A DNA stretch of 64,000 nucleotides from positions 128,001 to 192,000 of the forward strand of contig CAWAOD010000011.1 of the NCBI GenBank assembly GCA_963783575.1. Direction: 5' to 3'. A model generated the notes under the pieces. It saw nothing but the letters and a program-made list of their open reading frames with translations, was not told the origin of the DNA and ran no database searches. Positions 20,764 through 30,108 of this stretch are shown here, piece after piece (within the stretch, counting starts at the first letter, position 1; every line of letters begins with the position of its first letter). The translations under genes were made by a program, and so were the position numbers. The DNA is from an uncultured Spirochaetota bacterium (lineage in GTDB: Bacteria; Spirochaetota; Brevinematia; Brevinematales; JAOACQ01).

Positions 20764-21603
20764 ATGACCGGTTTTTTAAGGTTTTTCTTTTTGGTAGCGA
20801 TTTTATTTTTAATTTTTCTGACTTGTGCTTTTCCGATGGGAGCGAAAAATGAAAAAATACCATTAAAGCCCTATCCGGTTATTGACATCCCGGACGGGGA
20901 GTTTCTCCATTACGGAAACTATTCGCATAGTGAAAAGTATGGTGACACCTATATGGTTATTAAAAAGGAAGCAAATGAAAGCGGGGATTTTAATTACCGT
21001 ATTTATAAGGACGATATACGCATATCGGGCGGGAAAAAGCTTCCGGAAAATTATAAAGACTGGCAGTCATCTTTCCTTATAGACCCGAAACGCGGGTCCG
21101 TTCTTGAAGCCTCTGAAAACCTTGGTTATGACCGCGAGGGTGATTCAGGAACCGCAAACTATAATTACAGGTTATATCCCGAAAAGGGCTATGTCGATTT
21201 TGTATCGAAAACTATAAAGAATAAAGTTTTATCTGAAAGTAAATACCGTGTTAAAGTAAATCCGGATTTTCCTGCCTGGGATAATTTTTCTATGTATTAC
21301 GCGCCGTGTTTTCTTGATAACCGGAGCGGGGGAATTATGTATTTGATAAATCCTGCTTTTTTCAAAGAACCTTTGCCGGTTTCATTTAAGCATTTATCAG
21401 CCGATACGATTCGGACAAAAGCCGGAACCTTCCGTACTTCTAAAGCGGTAATAATCTTTGCCGATGCCTTTATCAGCAAACTTATGGAACCTTTATTAAA
21501 AGGAACCGCAATGTGGGTTGAGGATTCTGACAGAAGGATTTTAATTAAAGCAGAGATGGCGGGATATGTAGCCTTTATAGAGGAAATTTCCAATGTGAGA
21601 TAA
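20764..21603 (+). CDS. Exported paralogue family, copy 10
   Basis: FPMGAK signal end; IPDGEFLHYG, LIDP, TKAGTF, ADAFISKLMEP, WVEDSDRR, IEEISNV. Confidence 0.85.
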   Translation: MTGFLRFFFLVAILFLIFLTCAFPMGAKNEKIPLKPYPVIDIPDGEFLHYGNYSHSEKYGDTYMVIKKEANESGDFNYRIYKDDIRISGGKKLPENYKDWQSSFLIDPKRGSVLEASENLGYDREGDSGTANYNYRLYPEKGYVDFVSKTIKNKVLSESKYRVKVNPDFPAWDNFSMYYAPCFLDNRSGGIMYLINPAFFKEPLPVSFKHLSADTIRTKAGTFRTSKAVIIFADAFISKLMEPLLKGTAMWVEDSDRRILIKAEMAGYVAFIEEISNVR

Positions 21604-21612
21604 TAAGATATC

Positions 21613-22098
21613 GGCGGCTGCACCGTATTTGATTTAAATCTGCCCGAAGTTCGAGTCCTCAAACTTATTATTTTAACCCATGGAGACCCGGATAATGCAG
21701 GCAATTACGCTTATCTGCGTGAGAAATACAAAACAAAAATCACTATGCATAGAGGCGATTTGATTCTCGTTAAAGACAGAGTGATGTCAAACGTGAAAAT
21801 TAAGTCTTTAATTTTACAATCTATGAGGATTTTGATTTTTCACCTTATGGATTAAATGCAAAAGTTTTATATCTACAGGACCATACGCTGGGTTCGATAG
21901 GAGTACTTACTTCGGAAGGTGACTTCTTTTGCGGCGATATTTTCAGCAATTCAGGCAGGCCTGTGGTCTCAATGTCTGTTGAAAATTCAGTGATTTAAAT
22001 CAAGCTTAAACAGGCTAAAGAATTTAAATATAAAAAAGGTATATACGGGCCATAGAAAACCATTTAAAATGGGATTGCTTATAAAAAATTATCGGTAA
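21613..22098 (+). pseudogene. Degraded MBL-fold hydrolase
   Basis: Fragments LKLIILTHGDPDNAGNYAYLREKYKTKITMH, GHTLGSIGVLTSEGDFFCGD and KKVYTGH, homologous to 11172-11858. No start codon, several breaks. Confidence 0.8.
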
Positions 22099-22119
22099 AA
22101 ATTAAATTTCAATATTATA

Positions 22120-23361
22120 TTAATATATGCATTGTTTTTTTCTGCACCAAATAAATAGCAGCCATGCTATTAGAATCATTGCCGATGTAATCCAGATCGG
22201 AAGTGTGGTGTTATAACCTACGATAAATCCTCCAATAAGCGGAGGTATGAATTGAGCCGCTGCCTGTATGGATTGGTTGACGCCAAGTATTTCACCCTGC
22301 GAATGTTCGCTGCCAAGCCCGGATATAACTGCGGTCAAATTTGGGTTTGATAGCCCATTGAACAGAGGAACTAAAAATACAACCGGAAATATCAAGACAA
22401 ATGAAGGCATTAGGAGAATGAGGGGAAATACAGCCGCTAGTAAAATGAAAGTGAAACTGAGTATTTGAGAAGGCCGGAAACGCCTGGTCACAGGACGAAT
22501 TACAAATGCTTGTACCAGGATTGAAGATATACCGATGAAGGAAAAGAGAATTCCGATCTGAGAACGGGTTATTGAAAAACGGTCAATAAGATAAACCTGA
22601 AAGAATTGAGTAAAAAAATTAAATCCGAAACCGAGAAAAAAAACCACAAGAAAAAGATTTCTATGAACAGGGTCCTGAAAGGCTTTGATAATATTCACCG
22701 GGCCTGTTAATGGATGGAAATCTCTCAGTTTGCGCTTTTCCACAGGAAGTGTTTCCGGGAATTGAAGCGAAACCTGGATAAAATTGACCAGAGTTAAAAT
22801 TGAAGCGAGCCAGAAAGGGATGTCATAATTAAACCATGACACAATTTTCGGATCTGAAAGAAATCCTCCGAGCGCCGGTCCTATAAAGAAACTGGCCCCG
22901 AATGCCGCTCCTATAAGCCCGAAATTCCCGGGCCGGCTTTTTTCGTCGCTTATATCAGAGATTGCGGATTGATTAACCGACAGATTTCCGCTGAGCCCTC
23001 CCATAATCATTCTGCTTAATAAAGCAAGCGCAAGGCTTCCAATCCTGATGCCGACTGCCATGAGAATATACCCTGCGAACATACCCAGAATTGAATAGGA
23101 AAGAACTGTTTTACGGCCATGCCGGTCAGAAAGAACCCCAAGTATGGGTGATGAGAAAAATTGAAACAGTGGATAAATTCCAAGAAGTAATCCAAGAATA
23201 ATTGTTCTTATGGGCATTGATGTACCCGGAGAAAGAATACCGCCTGTCTGATCCAGGCAGAGCGGTGTAAAAACAGGGATGGCAAGCGTCAGCCCCAACA
23301 AGTCAAGAAAAACTGTGAAAACAATAACAACCAGCGCCACTCTTGTCTGTTTTTGATCCAT
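22120..23361 (-). CDS. MFS transporter, TetA/DHA1-like efflux
   Basis: VFLDLLG, GVLSDRHGRK (motif A), GFFIGPALGG-like motif C; 12 TM segments. Confidence 0.9.
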   Translation of the reverse strand: MDQKQTRVALVVIVFTVFLDLLGLTLAIPVFTPLCLDQTGGILSPGTSMPIRTIILGLLLGIYPLFQFFSSPILGVLSDRHGRKTVLSYSILGMFAGYILMAVGIRIGSLALALLSRMIMGGLSGNLSVNQSAISDISDEKSRPGNFGLIGAAFGASFFIGPALGGFLSDPKIVSWFNYDIPFWLASILTLVNFIQVSLQFPETLPVEKRKLRDFHPLTGPVNIIKAFQDPVHRNLFLVVFFLGFGFNFFTQFFQVYLIDRFSITRSQIGILFSFIGISSILVQAFVIRPVTRRFRPSQILSFTFILLAAVFPLILLMPSFVLIFPVVFLVPLFNGLSNPNLTAVISGLGSEHSQGEILGVNQSIQAAAQFIPPLIGGFIVGYNTTLPIWITSAMILIAWLLFIWCRKKQCIY

Positions 23362-23635
23362 AATTGCTCCTGATTATACTCTGTATATTCCAATAAAACA
23401 TAGGCAAAATCCTATAAAATTCTTTATAAAAATAATCATTTATCAACCATTAAGTCAAAAAGATACGCTTACAAAAAGTCTGCAATAAATTCTCACAGAT
23501 ATTTCTTCCAATAATTAATTAATAATTAACTTTAAAAACACATTTATTACATAAATCTGTTCTAAACTTTACGTAAAAATTTAACCTGAACCTGTCCGGT
23601 AAAAAATAAACTTTTTTATGTTATAGGAGATAGAT

Positions 23636-24061
23636 TTGTTTAATATAAATGAATATGCGGCTATTTTGCAATCTATCGATTCTTTTGAAGCTGAAAAGCT
23701 CGCTGTCATTGTCAAAAAATTGCCGGTTAAAATTATCCATGAAAAAGAAACGGGTATGATAATGATACGCACTATCGACTCGTTTGGGAATCCTTTTTAT
23801 ATCGGCGAAGTCTTGGTGACATCTTCGGAAGTGGAATATAAATCTTTTCGCGGATACGGTATGCTTGCCGGAAGCGACGGGAACAAATCGCTTGTTCTTG
23901 CCGCTATCGACGCATTGTTTCAGGCGGGGGACGAAAATATTCTGAATGAAATTCAGCCGCTGATGGAAGAAAAGAAACTGGAAATGGAAAGAAAAACCAA
24001 ACAGGAAAAAATATTTATTGAAAGTACAAAAGTTCAATTCGGACTGATGGCGGAGGTTTAA
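23636..24061 (+). CDS. phnG: C-P lyase subunit PhnG
   Basis: TTG start after AGGAGA. ETGMIMIR...PFYIGEVLVT...AAIDA...STKVQF; first gene of the phn cluster. Confidence 0.85.
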   Translation: MFNINEYAAILQSIDSFEAEKLAVIVKKLPVKIIHEKETGMIMIRTIDSFGNPFYIGEVLVTSSEVEYKSFRGYGMLAGSDGNKSLVLAAIDALFQAGDENILNEIQPLMEEKKLEMERKTKQEKIFIESTKVQFGLMAEV

Positions 24062-24622
24062 ATGAATCCGGAAAGAAGCGGTTTTCAATTGACTCAGGAA
24101 AATTTCCGGGTTCTACTTGATTCTATGTCACACCCAGGAAGGATATTAAAACTTCCGGATGATTTTCCTGCGGTACTTTATACGCTTCTTGATCATGAAG
24201 TCTCATTCACTGTGATAGGTCCTGGGGCTAGTGAGGAATTTATACACCGGATTTACCAGATGACCAAATCGCCCTATTCCGGTATCGATGAAGCGGATTA
24301 TGTGGTGGTATGCGGAGGTTCTAGCGGAGATATGCTTGCGCATGTCAGAAGAGGCGAACTGGAATTCCCCGATCGAGGCGCCACAGTATTTTACGAAGTG
24401 GGTGAACTGGGCGGAAATCAGGGGAGCAAAATTCAATTGATGGGCCCGGGCGTTATAGATTTGATAGAATTAAATGTTTTCGGTATAGACAATAACGACC
24501 TGTCAATGATTAACGAGATCAATACAGAGTATCCGCTGGGTATCGATATTATATTTATCGATCGTTCGATGAACATAGCCAGTATTCCGCGGTCTTCACG
24601 AATCAGCCTCATGGGGGAGTAA
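24062..24622 (+). CDS. phnH: C-P lyase subunit PhnH
   Basis: QENFRVLLDSMSHPG, TLLDHEV, GELEFPDRGAT, GPG, YPLGID, SIPRS. Confidence 0.92.
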   Translation: MNPERSGFQLTQENFRVLLDSMSHPGRILKLPDDFPAVLYTLLDHEVSFTVIGPGASEEFIHRIYQMTKSPYSGIDEADYVVVCGGSSGDMLAHVRRGELEFPDRGATVFYEVGELGGNQGSKIQLMGPGVIDLIELNVFGIDNNDLSMINEINTEYPLGIDIIFIDRSMNIASIPRSSRISLMGE

Positions 24623-24625
24623 TTA

Positions 24626-25735
24626 ATGGGATATGTCGCTGTTTCAGGAGGGCGAGAGGCGATTGAAAACGCCGGAAGCTTCCTGAATTATAACAGGATA
24701 AAGGGGCAATCAGCCCCTATCAGTATAGAACAGATAAGGGATCAAATGTATTTTCTGGTGGACAGGGTTATGGGGGAAGGTTCTCTTTACGCTCCCGACC
24801 TCGCGGCACTTGCTTTGAAACAGTCGGCAGGCGACACATTCGAGGCGGCATTTATGGTACGAGGTTATAGAACCACTCTACCAAGACTGGGATATTCCCT
24901 GCCCCGCTCGACGGAAAATATGCGCGTCATCCGCAGGATTTCCTCGGCGTTCAAGGATATTCCCGGCGGACAGATTCTCGGTCCTACGCCGGACTATACT
25001 TTACGCCTGCTCGATTTCAGCCTGGCTGAAGAAACGCCGGAATCAGTGGAAGAAAGTATAAATCATTTTTTTGAGAACCTTGAGTACCGGGGAGAAATCC
25101 CTGACACTTTCCCGAAAATGGTCGAAATCCTGAGGAAAGAAAATCTACTTGTTTCTAAGTTCAATACCGGAAACACGGAAACGGATTGTTTTGATATTAC
25201 CCGGGAATCCATGGTGTTTCCCGCGCCGAGAAGCGCCGCTCTGCAAAGTATGGCCAGGGGAGAAACCGGGGGAATGCTGGCGCTGGCGTATTCCAATATG
25301 CGCGGTTATGGAAGCGCTCATCCGACAATCGGAGAACTGCGGGTCGGCTACCTTCCCGTTATAATGGAGCACCCATACCGGAAGGAAGCGGTTTCTATCG
25401 GAGAGATCAAAGTGACAGAGGCCGAGATCATATCCTCCATTACGGTGGATGAAGGCTCGCCGAAATTCGCGCTTGGCTATGGGCTATGCTTTGGCCATAA
25501 CGAAACCAAGGCAATCTCAATGGCGGTACTGGACCGCGCAATGCAGAACAGGCGGCCGAAGTATCCTTCGGAAGATCAGGAATTTGTGCTGTCCCATATC
25601 GACGGGATTGAATCGATGGGCTTTGCCAACCATTTCAAGCTTCCGCATTATGTGACTTTTCAATCCTCGCTTGACCGTTTGAGATGTTCCATCAAAAATA
25701 CCGGCCAAAAGGTTAAAAATAATGGAAAGAAATAA
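24626..25735 (+). CDS. phnI: C-P lyase subunit PhnI
   Basis: MGYVAVSGGREAI, RRISSAFKDIPGGQILGPT, HFKLPHYVTFQS. Confidence 0.95.
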   Translation: MGYVAVSGGREAIENAGSFLNYNRIKGQSAPISIEQIRDQMYFLVDRVMGEGSLYAPDLAALALKQSAGDTFEAAFMVRGYRTTLPRLGYSLPRSTENMRVIRRISSAFKDIPGGQILGPTPDYTLRLLDFSLAEETPESVEESINHFFENLEYRGEIPDTFPKMVEILRKENLLVSKFNTGNTETDCFDITRESMVFPAPRSAALQSMARGETGGMLALAYSNMRGYGSAHPTIGELRVGYLPVIMEHPYRKEAVSIGEIKVTEAEIISSITVDEGSPKFALGYGLCFGHNETKAISMAVLDRAMQNRRPKYPSEDQEFVLSHIDGIESMGFANHFKLPHYVTFQSSLDRLRCSIKNTGQKVKNNGKK

Positions 25736-26570
25736 ACAATATAATTTTGCCTTCCTTGACGAAACTGCCAAGCGCGAAATAAGGCGTAAAATTTTAAAGG
25801 CGGTTGCGATTCCCGGCTGTCAGGTTCCTTTCGGTTCGAGGGAACTGCCTATCGCGAGGGGCTGGGGCACCGGCGGACTGCAGATAACCCTGTCGATTAT
25901 CGGCTTAAAGGATGTGCTCAAAGTGATTGACCAGGGAAGCGATAACAGCGTCAACGCAGTCAATATCCGGAAATTTATTGAACAGGTAACAGGTATTAAA
26001 ACTGCTACCGACACAACATCGGCGACAATAATCCAGACACGCCATAGGATACCTGAAGAGCCGCTCCGGGACGGACAGATCCTGGTTTTCCAGGTTCCTC
26101 TTCCGGAGCCTCTCCGGCTTGTCGAACATTCCGAACGGGAAACCCGCAGGATGCATGGGGAGGCGGATTATTCCAGAATGTGGCTCTACCTTTACGAAAG
26201 TATTGTAAAATTTAAAGAGATCACAAGAGGAGCGGATTATCCGGTGATGGTTAACCGCCGACATCTCATGTCGCCTTCGCCCATACCGAGATGGGACGTA
26301 CCCGCATTATCCTATGCGGATGCGCTTTTTCTTTTCGGGGCGGGAAGGGAAAAAAGGATTTATGCCATTCCGCCCTATACAATTGTTGAACCGATTGAAT
26401 TTGAGGATTACCGTTTCCGGGTAGAGGATTTCGAGGGGCATTTCTGCTCTGAGTGCAGGAGCACAGACACTTATTTAAATGAGATTGTGGACGACAAAAC
26501 CGGAAATAGGACTTACAGCTGTTCAGATACATCTTACTGTAAGAAAATAAAAGAAGGACTATTAAAATGA
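25722..26570 (+). CDS. phnJ: Alpha-D-ribose 1-methylphosphonate 5-phosphate C-P lyase (radical SAM)
   Basis: YNFAFLDE, AVAIPG, GWGTGG, KVIDQG, CX2CX21C plus downstream Cys (CSDTSYC). Confidence 0.96.
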   Translation: MERNKQYNFAFLDETAKREIRRKILKAVAIPGCQVPFGSRELPIARGWGTGGLQITLSIIGLKDVLKVIDQGSDNSVNAVNIRKFIEQVTGIKTATDTTSATIIQTRHRIPEEPLRDGQILVFQVPLPEPLRLVEHSERETRRMHGEADYSRMWLYLYESIVKFKEITRGADYPVMVNRRHLMSPSPIPRWDVPALSYADALFLFGAGREKRIYAIPPYTIVEPIEFEDYRFRVEDFEGHFCSECRSTDTYLNEIVDDKTGNRTYSCSDTSYCKKIKEGLLK

Positions 26571-27436
26571 GACCCATTCTGGAAGTGAAGAATCTTTCTA
26601 AAATATACGGGGCTTCATGTCCGGACTGTCTTACATCAACGGTGGAATCGGCATCAAATATATGTTCTTCATGCGGCTCTATCATAGCATGCAATGACGT
26701 CAGTTTCGAGCTTTATGAGGATGAAGTGCTGGGAATAGTTGGGGAAAGCGGTTCCGGCAAATCGACCCTTGTTAAAATCCTTTACTTTGAGGAGGTGCCT
26801 TCATCCGGCGAAATGCGTATTTATTCCGGGCGAAAGAATTATTTTACCATCCCCGGCGTTAATACCGATTTTGTTACGGATGCGGATTTGTTCAAGATCA
26901 ATTCCTTCCACAAACGTCTTCTCAGGAATCACTTTATGGGTATGGTTTATCAGAATCCCCATCTGGGATTGAAAATGCAGGTATCGGCCGGAGGAAATAT
27001 TGGAGAAAGGCTGTTAATGGCTAACTGGCGGAATGTGGAAAAAATACGCGGACGGGCGGCAGAATTGCTTGAAAAAACAGAAGTGCTTGTTCAAAGGATG
27101 GATGAAGCCCCCGAGAATTTCAGCGGTGGTATGCAGCAGCGGGTACAGATTGCCCGCGCTCTTTCAAACAACCCGCTCGTGCTTTTTTTAGACGAGCCGA
27201 CAACCGGTCTTGATCTTTCCGTTCAGGCACGCGTGCTTGACCTGATCCGCAAACTGCAGAAAGAAATGAGGCTTACCATAATAGTTGTTTCCCATGATCT
27301 CGGTATTATCCGGCATCTCACCACGCGGACAATGGTTATGAAAAACGGAAGGGTGGTTGAAAAAGGTTTGACCGACCAGATACTTGAAGATCCTCAGCAT
27401 GCCTATACCCAGCTTCTGGTTAATTCCACGCTTTAA
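26567..27436 (+). CDS. phnK: C-P lyase ABC-type ATPase PhnK
   Basis: GESGSGKS, FSGGMQQR, LDEPTTGLDLSVQARVLD, LEDPQHAYTQLLV. Confidence 0.93.
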   Translation: MRPILEVKNLSKIYGASCPDCLTSTVESASNICSSCGSIIACNDVSFELYEDEVLGIVGESGSGKSTLVKILYFEEVPSSGEMRIYSGRKNYFTIPGVNTDFVTDADLFKINSFHKRLLRNHFMGMVYQNPHLGLKMQVSAGGNIGERLLMANWRNVEKIRGRAAELLEKTEVLVQRMDEAPENFSGGMQQRVQIARALSNNPLVLFLDEPTTGLDLSVQARVLDLIRKLQKEMRLTIIVVSHDLGIIRHLTTRTMVMKNGRVVEKGLTDQILEDPQHAYTQLLVNSTL

Positions 27437-27449
27437 GAGGATTAATTTT

Positions 27450-27770
27450 ATGAGAACAAAAGAAGAATATTATGAACAGGTATTAAAGAACAGGAGCATA
27501 GTTTCAGATGCGGAAAACCTTAAATGCTCATGCCCGAAAGTAAAATGCGAGTGGCATGGAAGATGCGTTGAATGTGCCGCACTGCACCGTTATTACAAAG
27601 ACCATGTCCCGAAGTGTTTCCAGCCGTTTATAAGGGATAAAATCGCGTTAATCGCTCAAATCGCGGAATTGGTTACAATTGAAAAAGAAATGACCCCTCC
27701 GGAATACCGTGATTATGTCCGGGAAAGAGATTTACAAAAGAAACGGCAAGAGGATTTTTTTAATGCTTAA
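27450..27770 (+). CDS. Small Cys/His-rich putative metal-binding protein
   Basis: ATG at 27450 after AGAGG. CSCPKVKCEWHGRCVECAALH...HVPKC; overlaps the phnL start. Confidence 0.7.
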   Translation: MRTKEEYYEQVLKNRSIVSDAENLKCSCPKVKCEWHGRCVECAALHRYYKDHVPKCFQPFIRDKIALIAQIAELVTIEKEMTPPEYRDYVRERDLQKKRQEDFFNA

Positions 27771-28494
27771 AATAGAAAATCTGAGCAAGGTATTTTATAT
27801 TCATATTTTGAACGATAAGGTGATCGAAAGTTTTAATAATGTGAATTTTACATTGAGGGAAGGCTCTTCCCTGGGGATTTCCGGGCCGAGCGGCGCGGGT
27901 AAAAGCTCTATTCTTAAGTGTATATACCGTACTTATATTGCGTCCTCCGGGAGCATACTCTATGAGTCATCGCAGTTCGGCAATGTCGATCTGGCTTGTG
28001 CGCCGGAACATGTGATAATCCGAATCCGTGCGCATGAAATCGGCTATACTACCCAATTCCTGAAGGTTATTCCGAGGATACCGGCGCTCGATGTAGTAAC
28101 TGAACCGCTGGTTAATGATGGTGAGGATATCGAACAGGCGAGGTTAAAAGCGGCTGAAATCCTGACGCGTCTCCAAATTCCGGAAAAGCTCTTCGGGGCC
28201 TATCCATCGACTTTCAGCGGGGGTGAACAGCAGAGGGTTAATATAGCCCGCGCGGTCATTCGGAGGCCTAGGCTTCTGCTCCTCGATGAGCCGACCGCGT
28301 CTCTTGATGTCAAATCAACCGGGATTGTTCTTGATATACTGAAGGAGCTTCGCACCCGCGGCACAACGATGATCGGCATTTTTCACGACCCGGATACTCT
28401 TAATGAATTCGCCGACAAAAAATATGAATTGCACCTGAACAAAGACAAAATGGAATTCCTTCTTAGACCGGAGACGGCTATGGAGTATTTATGA
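27763..28494 (+). CDS. phnL: C-P lyase ABC-type ATPase PhnL
   Basis: GPSGAGKS, QFLKVIPR, YPSTFSGGEQQR, IGIFHD; start at MLKIENL. Confidence 0.93.
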   Translation: MLKIENLSKVFYIHILNDKVIESFNNVNFTLREGSSLGISGPSGAGKSSILKCIYRTYIASSGSILYESSQFGNVDLACAPEHVIIRIRAHEIGYTTQFLKVIPRIPALDVVTEPLVNDGEDIEQARLKAAEILTRLQIPEKLFGAYPSTFSGGEQQRVNIARAVIRRPRLLLLDEPTASLDVKSTGIVLDILKELRTRGTTMIGIFHDPDTLNEFADKKYELHLNKDKMEFLLRPETAMEYL

Positions 28495-28916
28495 CAATCC
28501 GGAAAGCTGTACCTTCGGATGCCAGAGCAGTCGCCGGTCTTATCGGCCAGTTAGACTATGATATAACCTTGGAATCAATCCGTAAAAAAATTGAAAATTT
28601 CAGCCGGGATGAAAACGCGCTCCTGCTGGTTTATCTGGTGGATGGCGCTGTAGCGGCATTTATTTCCCTGTTTTTTATTCCACAGATAGCACTCGAAGGG
28701 AGTTTTGCCAGGATCAGCTATTTCTGCGTGGATGAAAAATACCGGGGACGGAAAATCGGCGAAGCAATGGAAAATTACTGCGTTGAAGAGTCACGCAGGA
28801 GGGGCTGCGACCGGATAGAACTTCACAGCCATTCGAGGCGCGTTGACGCGCACAGGTTTTATAAAAAACATGGGTATGAAGAATCCCCGAAGTATTTTAT
28901 AAAGAAATTGAAATAA
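28491..28916 (+). CDS. phnO: GNAT acetyltransferase, PhnO-like (aminoalkylphosphonate N-acetyltransferase)
   Basis: VDEKYRGRKIG acetyl-CoA motif and RRVDAHRFY; located inside the phn operon. Confidence 0.65.
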   Translation: MTIRKAVPSDARAVAGLIGQLDYDITLESIRKKIENFSRDENALLLVYLVDGAVAAFISLFFIPQIALEGSFARISYFCVDEKYRGRKIGEAMENYCVEESRRRGCDRIELHSHSRRVDAHRFYKKHGYEESPKYFIKKLK

Positions 28917-28935
28917 ATTTATTTGAGGTTATGTT

Positions 28936-30108
28936 ATGCAATGTATGAAACCCCCCTTTTCAATCATCAACACAAGGGTTGTTACACCGGAAGGCATTCT
29001 GGATAACGGGGCGGTCCTGATTGAAGACGGCATAATTAAGGAGATTTCTGAAAACTATTCCGGGCGGAATGTTCATTATATAGATGCGGGTAAAGCGCTG
29101 CTTTTGCCCGGTTTTATAGATGTTCACAGCGATGCGATTGAGAAGGAAATCGAAGCCCGACCGGGAACGTATCTTGAGACCCGGATAGCTCTCTTTGAGC
29201 TTGACAAAAAGCTGGCCGCATCCGGGGTAACAACAATTTATCATTCGCTTTCATTCGCACAGGAAGGAGTGATTCTTGTCCGCTCACTTGATATCGTTGG
29301 AAAAGTTATACGGGAAATCAAGAGGCTTTCGGGACAGTTTTGCGTAAAAACAAAAGTCCATGCCCGCTATGAGATTACAAATTCCAATGATTTAAAGGGG
29401 ATAGAAGAGCTGGCGGAAGAAGGCCTGATCGATCTGATGTCCCTGATGGACCATACACCGGGGCAGGGACAGTTTAAGGATAAGGACCAGATCTATAAAT
29501 ATTACGGCAGCCGTTTCGGGATTGGGGATAAGGAAATCGAAAAACTGGTTATTGACCGGCAGAGTTTCCGTGAGGAAGTCGGAGATATAAACGCCCGCGA
29601 GATCGAGGAGATCTGCAGGAAAAAAGATATACCGCTGGCGAGCCATGATGATGACAGTTCTGAAAAGGTCCTGAAAATGAAAAAATATGGCGCAATTATA
29701 TCAGAATTCCCGGTTAACCTTGAGGCAGTGAAAGCGGCAAAAGATTTGGGCACATATATCGCGCTAGGCTCTCCAAATATTCTTCGAGGGCATTCTCATA
29801 ATAACAACCTCAGCTCCCGCGATCTTTTGATTCAGGGATACGGCGATATTGTCTGCTCGGATTATATTCCTTCCACGCTTCTATATGCGCTTTTTGTACT
29901 GGTTCAAAACAACATTTTTGATCTTCCTGATGCTGTGAAGCTTTTCAGCGCTAATCCCGCCCGAGCTCTTGGTATTGATCGGGAAACAGGAACCATTGAA
30001 GCCGGAAAAGACGCCGATCTGTTTCTGGTCAATGACAGAGGAGAGCTTCCCAGGATTATAAAAACATTCGTCCGTGGAAGAGAGGTTTATTCAGTATGCC
30101 TCGAATAG
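28936..30108 (+). CDS. phnM: Alpha-D-ribose 1-methylphosphonate 5-triphosphate diphosphatase
   Basis: LPGFIDVHSDAIEKE, SLMDHTPGQGQ, ASHDD, SEFP, CSDY. Confidence 0.95.
   Translation: MQCMKPPFSIINTRVVTPEGILDNGAVLIEDGIIKEISENYSGRNVHYIDAGKALLLPGFIDVHSDAIEKEIEARPGTYLETRIALFELDKKLAASGVTTIYHSLSFAQEGVILVRSLDIVGKVIREIKRLSGQFCVKTKVHARYEITNSNDLKGIEELAEEGLIDLMSLMDHTPGQGQFKDKDQIYKYYGSRFGIGDKEIEKLVIDRQSFREEVGDINAREIEEICRKKDIPLASHDDDSSEKVLKMKKYGAIISEFPVNLEAVKAAKDLGTYIALGSPNILRGHSHNNNLSSRDLLIQGYGDIVCSDYIPSTLLYALFVLVQNNIFDLPDAVKLFSANPARALGIDRETGTIEAGKDADLFLVNDRGELPRIIKTFVRGREVYSVCLE

Noticed and set aside
3466..21603. Diversity-generating retroelement or silent-cassette antigenic variation as the explanation for the array
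   Set aside because: No reverse transcriptase and no near-identical template/variable pair differing at adenines. The copies have their own SD and signal peptide and are deeply diverged.
8048..21603. Integron cassette array (many short co-oriented genes)
   Set aside because: No integrase and no recurring attC sites; only one short perfect hairpin at 14416-14459.
23545..23598. Pho box upstream of phnG
   Set aside because: CTGTTCT, CTTTACG, TTTAACC and CTGTCCG resemble half-sites, but the spacing is 10-13 bp rather than a regular 11 in very AT-rich DNA. Plausible but unproven.
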